From IMG/VR virus record IMGVR_UViG_3300023174_000036, positions 248,001-312,000 of that record: a DNA stretch of 64,000 nt, one strand, 5' to 3'. The stretch's first letter is position 1. The number at the start of each line of letters is the position of its first letter. The notes below the pieces were generated by a model. It was not told the origin of the DNA. It did no database searches and saw only the letters and a list, made by a program, of their open reading frames with translations. The position numbers were made by a program, and so were the translations under genes. This document shows positions 34,012 to 43,496 of this stretch, one piece after another.

Positions 34012-34713
34012 ATGATAGAACTTATAGCAACTTTGGCAATGACTCATATTACAATAATATGCGTCACTCTGTATTTACACAGAGGACAAGCTCACAGGGG
34101 AATTATATTCCACCCAATTTTAGAGCATTTTATGAGATTTTGTCTTTGGTTAACAACCGGGCAAGTTACCAAACAATGGGTAGCTATTCACAGAAAACAC
34201 CACAGATTTAGCGATGTTGAAGGCGATCCGCATACTCCACACGTTTTTGGCATATGGCGTGTGCTATTTAAAGGTGCAATATTGTACCACAAAGCCAGTA
34301 AAGATAAAGAAATGATTCAACAATACGGAGTAGGAACTCCGGACGATTGGATTGAACGTAATTTGTACACTCCGCACAGTCGCCTTGGTATTCTTCTAAT
34401 GCTAGTCATAGACTTACTGTTCTTTGGACCATGGGGCTTAATCGTGTGGGGTGTGCAAATGCTATGGATTCCGTTTTGGGCCGCTGGTGTTATTAACGGA
34501 CTAGGACATTGGATAGGATACAGAAATGGCGAAACTAAAGATCAAAGTCGCAATATTAGTCCTTGGGGTATTATTATTGGCGGTGAATGTTTACATAACA
34601 ATCATCATCTCGAACCTGCAAATCCCAAACTGAGTAGACGCTGGTTTGAATTTGATATTGGTTGGATGTGGCTAAGTTTATTTAGGCTAGTGGGTTTGGC
34701 ACGTTTGAGGTAA
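34012..34713 (+). CDS. Membrane fatty acid desaturase
   Basis: LHRGQAH, HRKHH, DPHTP, LHNNHH, WFEFD. Confidence 0.9.
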   Translation: MIELIATLAMTHITIICVTLYLHRGQAHRGIIFHPILEHFMRFCLWLTTGQVTKQWVAIHRKHHRFSDVEGDPHTPHVFGIWRVLFKGAILYHKASKDKEMIQQYGVGTPDDWIERNLYTPHSRLGILLMLVIDLLFFGPWGLIVWGVQMLWIPFWAAGVINGLGHWIGYRNGETKDQSRNISPWGIIIGGECLHNNHHLEPANPKLSRRWFEFDIGWMWLSLFRLVGLARLR

Positions 34714-34791
34714 ATTACTTTACTTGCCACTCTAGCCACATCAAAAACATGATGGCTAACAAAGTTACTGTTAGAACAATTTGCGGTAATC

Positions 34792-35223
34792 TCATAATTT
34801 ATATAATTTAAAAAAGTAAGTTATTAGTGCGCCAGCAGTAAAACACCAGCAGAGCAAATCAACTTGCTTTTGTCTATCGTGATCCATAGCTGACATTTCA
34901 GCTTGGCGTTCTTTTTCCATAAGAGCTTTTTCTGCTTCCACTTTGATCCAAGCATCCTTGCCGTGCTTGCGAATAGTTTCTGCTTTTAGTCTAGCCACAT
35001 CTTGCTCGTACTTTATCTTAGACTCAAACTTTTCAAGAGCTCTATATTCAAGGGTTGATTTTCGTTGTTCTTCTGCCAGTTTGGCTGTTATCCTGGCCTT
35101 ATGATCGCGCTGAACAATAGCTTCTATATCAGCTTGCTGGCTTGATACAACTGCTCCTAGCTCCTTACCTGCGCTTTGTGCCGTCTTAAGGGCAGTCGTG
35201 GCGGATTTGACTCCGTCTATCAT
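34792..35223 (-). CDS. Coiled-coil protein with C-terminal TM
   Basis: ORF, helical heptads, hydrophobic C-terminus. Confidence 0.7.
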   Translation of the reverse strand: MIDGVKSATTALKTAQSAGKELGAVVSSQQADIEAIVQRDHKARITAKLAEEQRKSTLEYRALEKFESKIKYEQDVARLKAETIRKHGKDAWIKVEAEKALMEKERQAEMSAMDHDRQKQVDLLCWCFTAGALITYFFKLYKL

Positions 35224-35247
35224 ATATTCGCTCTCGTCTCTACTATG

Positions 35248-35685
35248 TTATTTATTCGCTAATGGATTATCTAAAGCCTGCTTGATCTTGGCATCCATTT
35301 CCTTGCGTAAAGCTCGCACATCTTGTTCAGTTTCACGCTGACTCTGCTTGCTTGTGCGCTCAACTTGCTCGACTACCTTTTCCATTCTACGTAGGTCATC
35401 TTTTAAATCGTTCTTAATATCACGAGTGTAGTCCGCAGTTTTTTGGCTATTTTCTTCTACTACAGCAAGACGTTTGTCAAAAGAGGATAAATCTGGTGCT
35501 ACATACTTTTGAATCTTGGCTTTCATATCTGTATAATCTTTGTAAAACTCAAATGCACCCCACATGGCTCCACCCACTGTTGTAGCAACGGGTATTGCCA
35601 TGGCTAAAAATGCACTGTTTAATTTTAATTTAAATCCTGCAACACTAAATTCATACGCTTCTTTCTTCTCACTATCCGCCATCAC
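35248..35685 (-). CDS. Membrane-anchored coiled-coil protein (paralog of 35692-36291)
   Basis: Shared FE(F/V)YKDY..MK.KI.KYV.PDL and ALDNPL. Confidence 0.8.
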   Translation of the reverse strand: MMADSEKKEAYEFSVAGFKLKLNSAFLAMAIPVATTVGGAMWGAFEFYKDYTDMKAKIQKYVAPDLSSFDKRLAVVEENSQKTADYTRDIKNDLKDDLRRMEKVVEQVERTSKQSQRETEQDVRALRKEMDAKIKQALDNPLANK

Positions 35686-35691
35686 CTTTCC

Positions 35692-36291
35692 TTATTTGTT
35701 ATTCAATGGATTGTCTAACGCTTTTTTAACTTTGTCATCCACTTCTGCTCTCAATGCTCTAATTTCAGCCTGAGTGTCTTTTTGATTTTTAACTAACTCT
35801 CTGTTAACTTCTTTTAGTGTGTTATCAACGTCACGTTTGATTTCTTTCACAGTGCCATCAACATCACGTTTGATTTCCTTCATGCCTGTGTCTGTCAAGC
35901 GTTGATCAGTTTTGCTTGAACGCTCGACATTTTCAACAACGCCCTCTAATCTACGAACATCACCTTTAAGATCGTTCTTAATATTGTTAGTGTACTCTGT
36001 CATTTTGGTAGTGTTGGCATCTAACACTTCCATTTTCTTGTAGATTTCAGTTAAGTCAGGTGTAACATACTTGGCAATTTTATCTTTCATCCCCATGTAG
36101 TCTTTGTACACTTCAAAACATCCGTATAGTCCGCCAAGTAATGACGATACTAACGTGAATGCCACCATCAGTTTAGCTGGAGTAAATTCATACCCGCCAA
36201 TACTGATAACAGTATCTTTACTGGCATACTTCTTTGCGGCCGCTTCAAGTTCATCAACTTTTGCGTTTACGTCTTTGATTTCTTCTGTCAT
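35692..36291 (-). CDS. Membrane-anchored coiled-coil protein (paralog of 35248-35685)
   Basis: As above. Confidence 0.8.
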   Translation of the reverse strand: MTEEIKDVNAKVDELEAAAKKYASKDTVISIGGYEFTPAKLMVAFTLVSSLLGGLYGCFEVYKDYMGMKDKIAKYVTPDLTEIYKKMEVLDANTTKMTEYTNNIKNDLKGDVRRLEGVVENVERSSKTDQRLTDTGMKEIKRDVDGTVKEIKRDVDNTLKEVNRELVKNQKDTQAEIRALRAEVDDKVKKALDNPLNNK

Positions 36292-36400
36292 AGTTCGCTC
36301 CTATTATTTTAAAATTAGAAAATATATTGCAATTCCAATCAGCGACACGATTAGTAAAGCGCCGCATACCAATTGATAAATGTATTCTTCTTTATCCACA

Positions 36401-38365
36401 TTAGTTTCCTAATTTGTATTGACTATCAACCATTTGTTGATGTTTGGCATCACTGCCGCCTGATAATCCTCGCAATAGTCTTGCGTTGTCCACTATTGTT
36501 TGATTTTTGTATATTGTTTCAGGTTTATAAAATGGTACATCGCGTAGAACAACTAGACTATACGCTTCGTAACCTTTTGGTATCTGCGCCATAGCGGCAA
36601 CGTCAACACCCCCGGCTAACTCATTTGGTTGCACATTCTTTTTTACAGTGTCTACACGTTGTTCTATGTTGGTTTGTAGCATGTCCATTCTTTGGTTCAT
36701 TAAATCTGATAATGGATTGCCTGCTTTACCCATGCTACCAAAACTGGCAATTTGCATTGGCGGTGTTTCTACTTCTATTTGACGTGTCTCTATCTTAGGT
36801 TGATACACAGGTGCTGTTTGTACAGGCACTGGCAACATACTATTAGAATTTATTGAATTAAAAGGGCTATAACTGTTAAATGTATTTTTACTAACTGTTA
36901 ATCCTGTGCCCGTATATTGTTGCTGTGTATCTTGTTGACCCGTTGATGTAGCTTGTTGTAGTTGTTGGACGCCTTTGTTAACTTGTTGCTGTTGAGAAGT
37001 TGACTGAACAGTTTGTTGTGATCCTTGAATCGATTGTACAGAAGTCTGCATACTTGTTTGTGTTGATTGACTGGAGAACTGCGCGGCCGCAGTAGCACTG
37101 TTAGCACTCATATCTTGATTCATACTGATTGCGGCATTGCTAGCCGCTTGTGACGATTGTTGAGTTCCTTCAAATGCTTTGGCCGCATTTTGTACGGCCA
37201 TCTGTTGCATTGCTTGTTCTTTGGCCTGTGCTGATTTAACTACACTCATTGCTAACTTACTAGGACCGCCACCACTGGTTGCTGGGCCTGCTTGTTGTGA
37301 GCCTGCACTTGGCGGAGGTGTAGATTGTGCTGTTTGCGGAGGGCCTCCAGCAGGTTGCGGACTTGTAGGTGCAGGGCCTGCTTGTTGCGGACTAGGCTGT
37401 GCTGGATTGTCCTGTGCTATACTAGGATTCTGATTTGCGTCTTGTTGTGTAGGCATTGGACTAGACTGTGCTTGGGGTTGTGCTTGCTGTTGAGGACTTG
37501 CTTGTGCCAATGCGGGTGCCGCATCTGCTATACCAGGAGCCGCCGCAGGAGCAGGTTGTGAGTAGTTCATTGACGGCACAAATGAAGTAGCACTTGCATT
37601 TGATACAGTAGATCCTAATATTGAATTCTTAACAGTGGCTAAGGCATATCCCGGACAAGTTGGGCTGGATAGTGGATCACTAATGCATGGATCAGGTTTA
37701 ACTGTGTATTTCAAACTAAAATTCACATTCATAATTTCTGGGCCGTAAGGTCCGACCCAGTAATTATTATCTCTACCTACAAACCCATACTCGGCCTTAC
37801 TAAAGGTAGTAGCCGCAACTGGGCTAGAAAAAGTTTCGCTGAAATTAAAAGTAGTCCAGTTATATTTTCTATTTGTTTGACTTGTATAATCATACAGTGA
37901 TGCCAAGCCGGTGGCGCTATTAGAAAACTTAACAAACGCACCTAAGTAATCTTGTTGTCCGTTGTCCCAACCGTTGCCGTTTTTAGCAGTGAATCCAAAA
38001 TTAAATCCGCTAAGTTGTACACCACTGCCGCCAATAGCCAACGCCTTGTTTATATCGACCACTTGGTTCAAGTTCACAGTACCGTAGGAGAAATTGATAA
38101 CATTACTTCCAGCACCCCATGCACTTACTCGAGGATTAGGACCGCAGTATCCCGGATCACCGCCACGCCAACATGTCAACGGCGCTCCTACACTGCCTGC
38201 GCCATTCCAATTGGATGTCGTATCGGTAGGGCTACCGGTAAAATTTACTAAATCACCGGTAGTACTAATAGTACCTGTCGCTGTATTTAAACTTTGACTA
38301 TTAGAATAACTTGAAGATAAGAGCACCAAGCAAAGCGCCAATGCCAACTTTCTTATATGTATCAT
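36401..38365 (-). CDS. Secreted protein with P/Q/A/S-rich low-complexity linker
   Basis: Signal peptide, Cys-containing beta-rich N domain, long PQA-rich region. Confidence 0.8.
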   Translation of the reverse strand: MIHIRKLALALCLVLLSSSYSNSQSLNTATGTISTTGDLVNFTGSPTDTTSNWNGAGSVGAPLTCWRGGDPGYCGPNPRVSAWGAGSNVINFSYGTVNLNQVVDINKALAIGGSGVQLSGFNFGFTAKNGNGWDNGQQDYLGAFVKFSNSATGLASLYDYTSQTNRKYNWTTFNFSETFSSPVAATTFSKAEYGFVGRDNNYWVGPYGPEIMNVNFSLKYTVKPDPCISDPLSSPTCPGYALATVKNSILGSTVSNASATSFVPSMNYSQPAPAAAPGIADAAPALAQASPQQQAQPQAQSSPMPTQQDANQNPSIAQDNPAQPSPQQAGPAPTSPQPAGGPPQTAQSTPPPSAGSQQAGPATSGGGPSKLAMSVVKSAQAKEQAMQQMAVQNAAKAFEGTQQSSQAASNAAISMNQDMSANSATAAAQFSSQSTQTSMQTSVQSIQGSQQTVQSTSQQQQVNKGVQQLQQATSTGQQDTQQQYTGTGLTVSKNTFNSYSPFNSINSNSMLPVPVQTAPVYQPKIETRQIEVETPPMQIASFGSMGKAGNPLSDLMNQRMDMLQTNIEQRVDTVKKNVQPNELAGGVDVAAMAQIPKGYEAYSLVVLRDVPFYKPETIYKNQTIVDNARLLRGLSGGSDAKHQQMVDSQYKLGN

Positions 38366-39530
38366 CTATTTTTACCTCGTCAACTGCTGGTACTTTTTCT
38401 GGATTTGCTTCCCATGATGCTTTGGCCTGAGCACCAATCTGTCCTTCGTACGGACAAGGTGTACCTGCTGCCATCATGGCATCAAATACTCGGCGATCCT
38501 GGCACATGGTGGCAACTGCGGCAACTTTCATTCCCATGTCATACAAAGTTTTACTCAATTTTAAGCGTTCACAATTCATGTCTCGAACAGTTCCGCCACT
38601 GCTTACACCAAAAATTTGTGTTTGTACACTGCCACTAGTGCCAGTTGAGCATAGGTCAGCATTGCCACCACTCATCATGGTTGGAGCAACTGCGGTTGGG
38701 GGAGGTTGAATAATACGCTGTGTAATATCTGACGTATTGATATTTCGATTAGTCATGTCGCCGCTATTGACATTGTTATTTTGATTAACGTTTTGATTAG
38801 TGCTAGTGCTAGTGCTGGCATTGTTATTATTGTTGTTATTGGTCATTGTACCAGTATTAACATTATTGTTATTATTAGTCATTGTGCCGCTATTAATATT
38901 TGTGTTAGTGTTGTTTGAAGTAGATGTATTAATATTACGATTAGTCATATCACCTGTATTAATATTATTGTTGGTATTTGTACTAGTGCTGACGTTATTG
39001 TTGTTGTTTGTATTCAAACTGGTGCTGGTACTAACATTATTGTTATTATAAGTCATTGTACCAGAATTGATGTTATTATTAGTATTAACACTGGTGCTGG
39101 TGCTGGTATTGACATTATTGTTATTATTGGTCATTGTACCAGTATTGACGTTATTGTTATTAAACGTCTGTGTACCACTATTAACATTGTTATTGTTGTT
39201 AGTATAGGTTACTGACCCACTCATAACATTATTGTTGTTGTTGTTATTGGTCATTGTGCCACTGTTAACATTATTGTTGTTATTAGTGTTGGTTGTGCCA
39301 CCACTTAACACAGTATTGTTATTGCTAGTGGTAGTACCACTGTTCACGTTGTTGGTGTTAATAGTACTGGTACTGGTGCTAGTACTATTAGTGTCAACAA
39401 GTGATTTAGAGTCATAGCCACCTTGATTGATGACTGTTTGTGCCATACTTGTGGTAGACACAAATGCCGTGATTAGTAATGTGGTGAGTAATTTTCTCGG
39501 CAACACACCGACGCCTGTCGTGCTTTTCAT
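38301..39530 (-). CDS. Secreted Asn/Thr-rich repeat protein with Cys-rich C-terminal domain
   Basis: Signal peptide; NNNNNVNSGTMT-type repeats; CERLKLSK...MCQD...GTPCP. Confidence 0.85.
   Translation of the reverse strand: MKSTTGVGVLPRKLLTTLLITAFVSTTSMAQTVINQGGYDSKSLVDTNSTSTSTSTINTNNVNSGTTTSNNNTVLSGGTTNTNNNNNVNSGTMTNNNNNNNVMSGSVTYTNNNNNVNSGTQTFNNNNVNTGTMTNNNNNVNTSTSTSVNTNNNINSGTMTYNNNNVSTSTSLNTNNNNNVSTSTNTNNNINTGDMTNRNINTSTSNNTNTNINSGTMTNNNNNVNTGTMTNNNNNNNASTSTSTNQNVNQNNNVNSGDMTNRNINTSDITQRIIQPPPTAVAPTMMSGGNADLCSTGTSGSVQTQIFGVSSGGTVRDMNCERLKLSKTLYDMGMKVAAVATMCQDRRVFDAMMAAGTPCPYEGQIGAQAKASWEANPEKVPAVDEVKIDDTYKKVGIGALLGALIFKLF
38760..39400 (-). repeat. Coding imperfect tandem repeat (poly-Asn + NSGTMT units)
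   Basis: Roughly a dozen degenerate units in the translation. Confidence 0.8.
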
Positions 39531-39710
39531 ATTGTCGCTCCTGATTTGACTATACCTCTTTTAGTCCAAAGTATTTACATTGGTTACAAATTTAATAAAA
39601 CTACGCTGTTATTATTACAACATGTTAATTTTTCAACAGTGTTATTTTTCCAACACTTAGTCGTGAAAATAGGACCTAAGTCCTATTTTGTATACTTTAT
39701 AGTTAATTTA

Positions 39711-41429
39711 TTAAAACTTTAGATGCACTATCTTTTGTTCCATCATAGCAGGTTCTTCCTTTTCTGGCATGCCTACTTGTCTAGGTGCTGGTGAAGTAAA
39801 TTCACTACCTTGTAATGTAGTAGTTGTGGGTGCTGTAGTTGTAGTATCTACAGGAGTTACATCTACTGGTGGAACTGCATGTTTTTTACGTGCAACTGGT
39901 TGTTTTGCAGTTGGTTTAATTTCTGTACTTGTTACTTGTTTGGGTTTATCTGCCGCAACTGATGTTTTTTGATATGTTAAGGTTGTTAGTTCCTTTAACA
40001 GATCTTTCATTTCAATTGTGTTCCAAATTTTATCGCCTGTTTGTGTAGAACTGTATCTAATAAACAACACAGGCTTGCCGCTGTTCTTGTCAACGATTCT
40101 AATTTCAGGACGCACTTCTGTACCGTCTTTGGACATGCCTTCTCTATGTATACATTCTAAATCAATGTGTTTAGCAACTAACTTTCTTTCAAGCCCTTTG
40201 AAGCTATGTACAGTACTGATATTTTTTGTTCCTAATGATACTAATTTGATATTAGGATCACCACTAGTTCCATGTTGTATTACTTGATTGGCTATTCTAT
40301 ATATCAAACCTGCTTCACTACGAACATCGTCGGCCGCTAGCATTTCAGTAAATTGATCAGCCGCTTCTTGATAAGCCTTTTGCCAAAAATCAACTTTGCT
40401 GGTTAATTTAATTGGCTGTCCATTTTCGTCAATTGGCTTGGATATTTGTACACCAAATGGTCCAAACAACTTATTAGCGGCAGTCCAAATACCAATCTGA
40501 CCTTTCATTTTGCCGGGTTTCTTAGGATCAGGATATTGATCAGCAAACGGATTCCATAACACACCTGCACCCACTTGACCAATGTGCGGACTACCAGCTT
40601 TTAAGCTGATGTTTAAGTTTTTAAGTTGACGACGATTGCCTTCGTCGTCTGTAACTATGGCTTCTAAGTCAGTTTTACGATCCTTAGATTCGCTTACTCC
40701 ATCACTTTTTACATTGATAGTATCTACACGACCATTTTTATAAAAGTAATCTGCGTAGCGGTCAATCTGTCCGCTGTTAGCATAATGCACCACTGAACCT
40801 AACAATGGATCGTAGCTGTCCCAAAACCCTGGACTTTTTAAGAAACCTAAGATTGGTTCTTTAACCACAATAGTAAATCTTATAACATCGGAAATTGTGC
40901 TGTTTTTATCTTCTACAACATATTCTAAATTAGGATCTTTCAATGCTTCGTCGAATACAAATTTAACATCGTCAGCTGTGATATCTTCAATGTTGTCGGC
41001 ACCACGTTTGATCAACTTGGCAACCACTGCGGCACTTAATACAGGTTCACTAGCATCGCCTTTGTTTTCAGCAGTACTGCCCTTTTCACCAGGAGCATGA
41101 TTCAGCATGCCTTGCAAGCTGCCGTCTGCACCTATCACTGTGAAGATACTGCCGTTTGGTCTACTGAACCAGCGACCGTTGCCCGACGATGCACGGCCTA
41201 TTTGAATCACTGGTATAGTGCCTTGGTCTTGTCTTACTTGCCCAATATCCGATGGCGGCGCAATCCAAGTTAGATCCTCAGTAGGATCAAAGTCTGGTAT
41301 TTGAGCTTGTATCCCACTCATTAAGGGAATACCTGCTTTTGCAGTTTTCACACGAACTTTGTGTCCAAAGGTATATTGCTTTGGTTTGGTGAATATACTG
41401 GCTTCTGATAAAATGTCAATTACACGCAT
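39711..41429 (-). CDS. Large hypothetical protein (possible PD-(D/E)xK-like segment)
   Basis: KTDLE...ISLKAG resembles nuclease motif spacing; TAAATA upstream. Confidence 0.7.
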   Translation of the reverse strand: MRVIDILSEASIFTKPKQYTFGHKVRVKTAKAGIPLMSGIQAQIPDFDPTEDLTWIAPPSDIGQVRQDQGTIPVIQIGRASSGNGRWFSRPNGSIFTVIGADGSLQGMLNHAPGEKGSTAENKGDASEPVLSAAVVAKLIKRGADNIEDITADDVKFVFDEALKDPNLEYVVEDKNSTISDVIRFTIVVKEPILGFLKSPGFWDSYDPLLGSVVHYANSGQIDRYADYFYKNGRVDTINVKSDGVSESKDRKTDLEAIVTDDEGNRRQLKNLNISLKAGSPHIGQVGAGVLWNPFADQYPDPKKPGKMKGQIGIWTAANKLFGPFGVQISKPIDENGQPIKLTSKVDFWQKAYQEAADQFTEMLAADDVRSEAGLIYRIANQVIQHGTSGDPNIKLVSLGTKNISTVHSFKGLERKLVAKHIDLECIHREGMSKDGTEVRPEIRIVDKNSGKPVLFIRYSSTQTGDKIWNTIEMKDLLKELTTLTYQKTSVAADKPKQVTSTEIKPTAKQPVARKKHAVPPVDVTPVDTTTTAPTTTTLQGSEFTSPAPRQVGMPEKEEPAMMEQKIVHLKF

Positions 41430-41440
41430 AGTGTAAATAT

Positions 41441-42124
41441 TTATCGTATTTCGGGGAACAAGCAATCCTGAATGAACACTTGCACATCTTCTTCACTTAG
41501 CCCTAAACTAACCATAACTTTGGGGGTATGCGGGTTTTGTTTTTGATTTTCACAGTAGTAATTCTGTGCTTCCGTGGTATCGTTGGCAGTGTTATTGGTT
41601 TCATCCACAGTTTCCAAGTAATGATTAACTAGAATATGTGCTAAACTTGCAATTTGTTTTAATTCGTTTTCATCGCTTACATTACCAGCGGCCACCATGT
41701 GTTCACTGAAAATACGTTCTGCCCAGTCGGGTAATTTGCGTTTTTTGTTCCATTCATAGCGACCAACTTCTTCGCCAAAATATTCAATCATGTGATGTTC
41801 TTTATCGCCAGCTGGGCTGTAGTCAATAAAGCATCCGGTAATTTTGTTCTTACCTGCTACGACATCAAATCCAAAGATAGGTGCTGGATTATGTGTATGT
41901 GGAAAAATGCAACAGTGCATCATCCACAACCCCTTGGTCTCACGAGCATCTACAACATCAATGTGTGCTCTGCGATAACGACTACTGGCCCATACTTTGT
42001 TAACCCATCCTGGTTGATTAAAACGATCCATACTGGGTTCGTTAATAATACTGCCAGTTGCATAAAACTGACTTTCAAAGTACTGTTCAATTTTGATCAG
42101 TGTATCCCATACATTACTCTCCAT
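41441..42124 (-). CDS. Ferredoxin-dependent bilin reductase (PcyA/PcyX-like)
   Basis: YRRAHI...MHCCIFP...PIFGFD...DYSP...LPDWA..IFS...QKQNPHT. Confidence 0.85.
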   Translation of the reverse strand: MESNVWDTLIKIEQYFESQFYATGSIINEPSMDRFNQPGWVNKVWASSRYRRAHIDVVDARETKGLWMMHCCIFPHTHNPAPIFGFDVVAGKNKITGCFIDYSPAGDKEHHMIEYFGEEVGRYEWNKKRKLPDWAERIFSEHMVAAGNVSDENELKQIASLAHILVNHYLETVDETNNTANDTTEAQNYYCENQKQNPHTPKVMVSLGLSEEDVQVFIQDCLFPEIR

Positions 42125-42656
42125 GATAAAGATCCTTCATCATTTTAATAGCGTATTCAAACGCCACACGAGCTTCGTCTCCAAGGTCGTCCGTGAGTTC
42201 TGCACGAATTGCGGCTTTGAGTGCATCAGCATCTTCAAACTGATAAAACTTACCGCTAGTATAAGGCACTTGTTTGGCAATAATTTGTCCGCCAAACAAG
42301 TCGCCCATGTGTCTGCAATACAAGTGTGCTTTGACCAAATGCTTACGTGCTGGATCGTTACACAATGCATGTAGATACGTTTGATACTCTAATGTGGCCG
42401 GAGTCAGATAGTGATAACTGCCATCGTCTAATTCATTAAAGTCTTGAACAATTGCCCGTAGTCTTGGTAATGTTGGCATGTTGTCAAAAAAACCTTGACG
42501 CTTGCCGTACCATTCGATTGGGTCGTAGATTGCTAGAAGATTGTACAAATAGTTTCTGTAGTCTGCTTTTTGAATTTTGCCACTTAGTAGTAACTGTGCA
42601 AATTTGGTTGTTTCTGCCTCATGATGGAGGTCTTTGGTAATTTCTCGTAAGCTCAT
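42114..42656 (-). CDS. Heme oxygenase
   Basis: T..LHHEAE, AHLYCRHMGDLFGGQII, FYQF. Confidence 0.9.
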   Translation of the reverse strand: MSLREITKDLHHEAETTKFAQLLLSGKIQKADYRNYLYNLLAIYDPIEWYGKRQGFFDNMPTLPRLRAIVQDFNELDDGSYHYLTPATLEYQTYLHALCNDPARKHLVKAHLYCRHMGDLFGGQIIAKQVPYTSGKFYQFEDADALKAAIRAELTDDLGDEARVAFEYAIKMMKDLYHGE

Positions 42657-42955
42657 TCTTCTTCCAATTTGATTTGGAGAGGATGATTATTAGTACGAGC
42701 TTGATTGGTTGCTTCAACTGCTTTGGCTTCAGCAATTTCAAAACTATAAACACCAGCAATTCCGCTACCAGTTTCATGCACTTCTGCCATCACATGATGT
42801 GCAGTATCTGGATTATGTTTAAAAATTTCAATCAATACCGAAACAACAAAATCCATTGGAGTTGAATCATCGTTGAGCAGGATAACCTTCCATCTTTTAG
42901 GTTCGCTTACTACTACTTTAATTTTCTCATCTAGTTGAATATCCGTGCCTGCCAT
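42653..42955 (-). CDS. clpS: ClpS N-degron adaptor
   Basis: WKVILLNDDSTPMDFVV...VHETG.GIAG. Confidence 0.95.
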   Translation of the reverse strand: MAGTDIQLDEKIKVVVSEPKRWKVILLNDDSTPMDFVVSVLIEIFKHNPDTAHHVMAEVHETGSGIAGVYSFEIAEAKAVEATNQARTNNHPLQIKLEEE

Positions 42956-42970
42956 TTAGTTCTCCAAAGT

Positions 42971-42990
42971 TGGGGGAGTTTCCTCCCCCA
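42971..42990 (-). terminator. Hairpin after hsp20
   Basis: TGGGGGAG-TTTC-CTCCCCCA. Confidence 0.6.
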
Positions 42991-43003
42991 TTGTTATTTA
43001 CAA

Positions 43004-43429
43004 TTATTTAATTTCAATAGTGCGTGGTTTGAGCGCATCTGGTACAACTCGTTTGATATCGATTTGTAACATACCGTTATCAACTTTTGCACCTACAACT
43101 TCCATATACTCGGCAAGAGTAAATGTTTGCTCAAAGTCACGAGCTGCCAATCCACGATGCAAGTATTCAATACCCACATCTTTGTTTGGACGATTCATAA
43201 CTCCTCTAATTGTCAGTTGATCTTGATCAACTTCAACTGCAATTTCTTCCTTGGTAAAACCTGCGACCGCAACTTCAATTGCATAGCTGGTATCGCTATA
43301 CTTAACAATGTTGTGGGGAGGGTAGTTACCATTTTGGTGACTTGGTACGTTAAAGTAACGATCAAATCCTACCAGTGCTTTGCTCAGTTGTGCCAAAGCG
43401 GCTGTGTCTATAGTTCTAAGTTGGTTCAT
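43004..43429 (-). CDS. Small heat-shock protein (Hsp20/IbpA-like)
   Basis: YPPHNI, IEVAVAGF, YLHRGLA.R.F...F.L. Confidence 0.95.
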   Translation of the reverse strand: MNQLRTIDTAALAQLSKALVGFDRYFNVPSHQNGNYPPHNIVKYSDTSYAIEVAVAGFTKEEIAVEVDQDQLTIRGVMNRPNKDVGIEYLHRGLAARDFEQTFTLAEYMEVVGAKVDNGMLQIDIKRVVPDALKPRTIEIK

Positions 43430-43482
43430 AATTTTCTCCTTTAAATAAGCAAGAACCTCGCAGGACCCCGAAGGCGTCCTGC
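43430..43482 (-). promoter_or_regulatory. ROSE-like RNA thermometer upstream of hsp20
   Basis: UUCG-capped 5' hairpin, then UUCUUGCUU pairing with AAGGAGAA with bulged G. Confidence 0.7.
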
Positions 43483-43496
43483 ATGTTTATATTATA

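Noticed and set aside
38760-39400. Regular AT-rich repeats that might be a CRISPR array
   Set aside because: Degenerate codon-level repeats inside an open reading frame; no constant repeat with unique spacers and no cas genes
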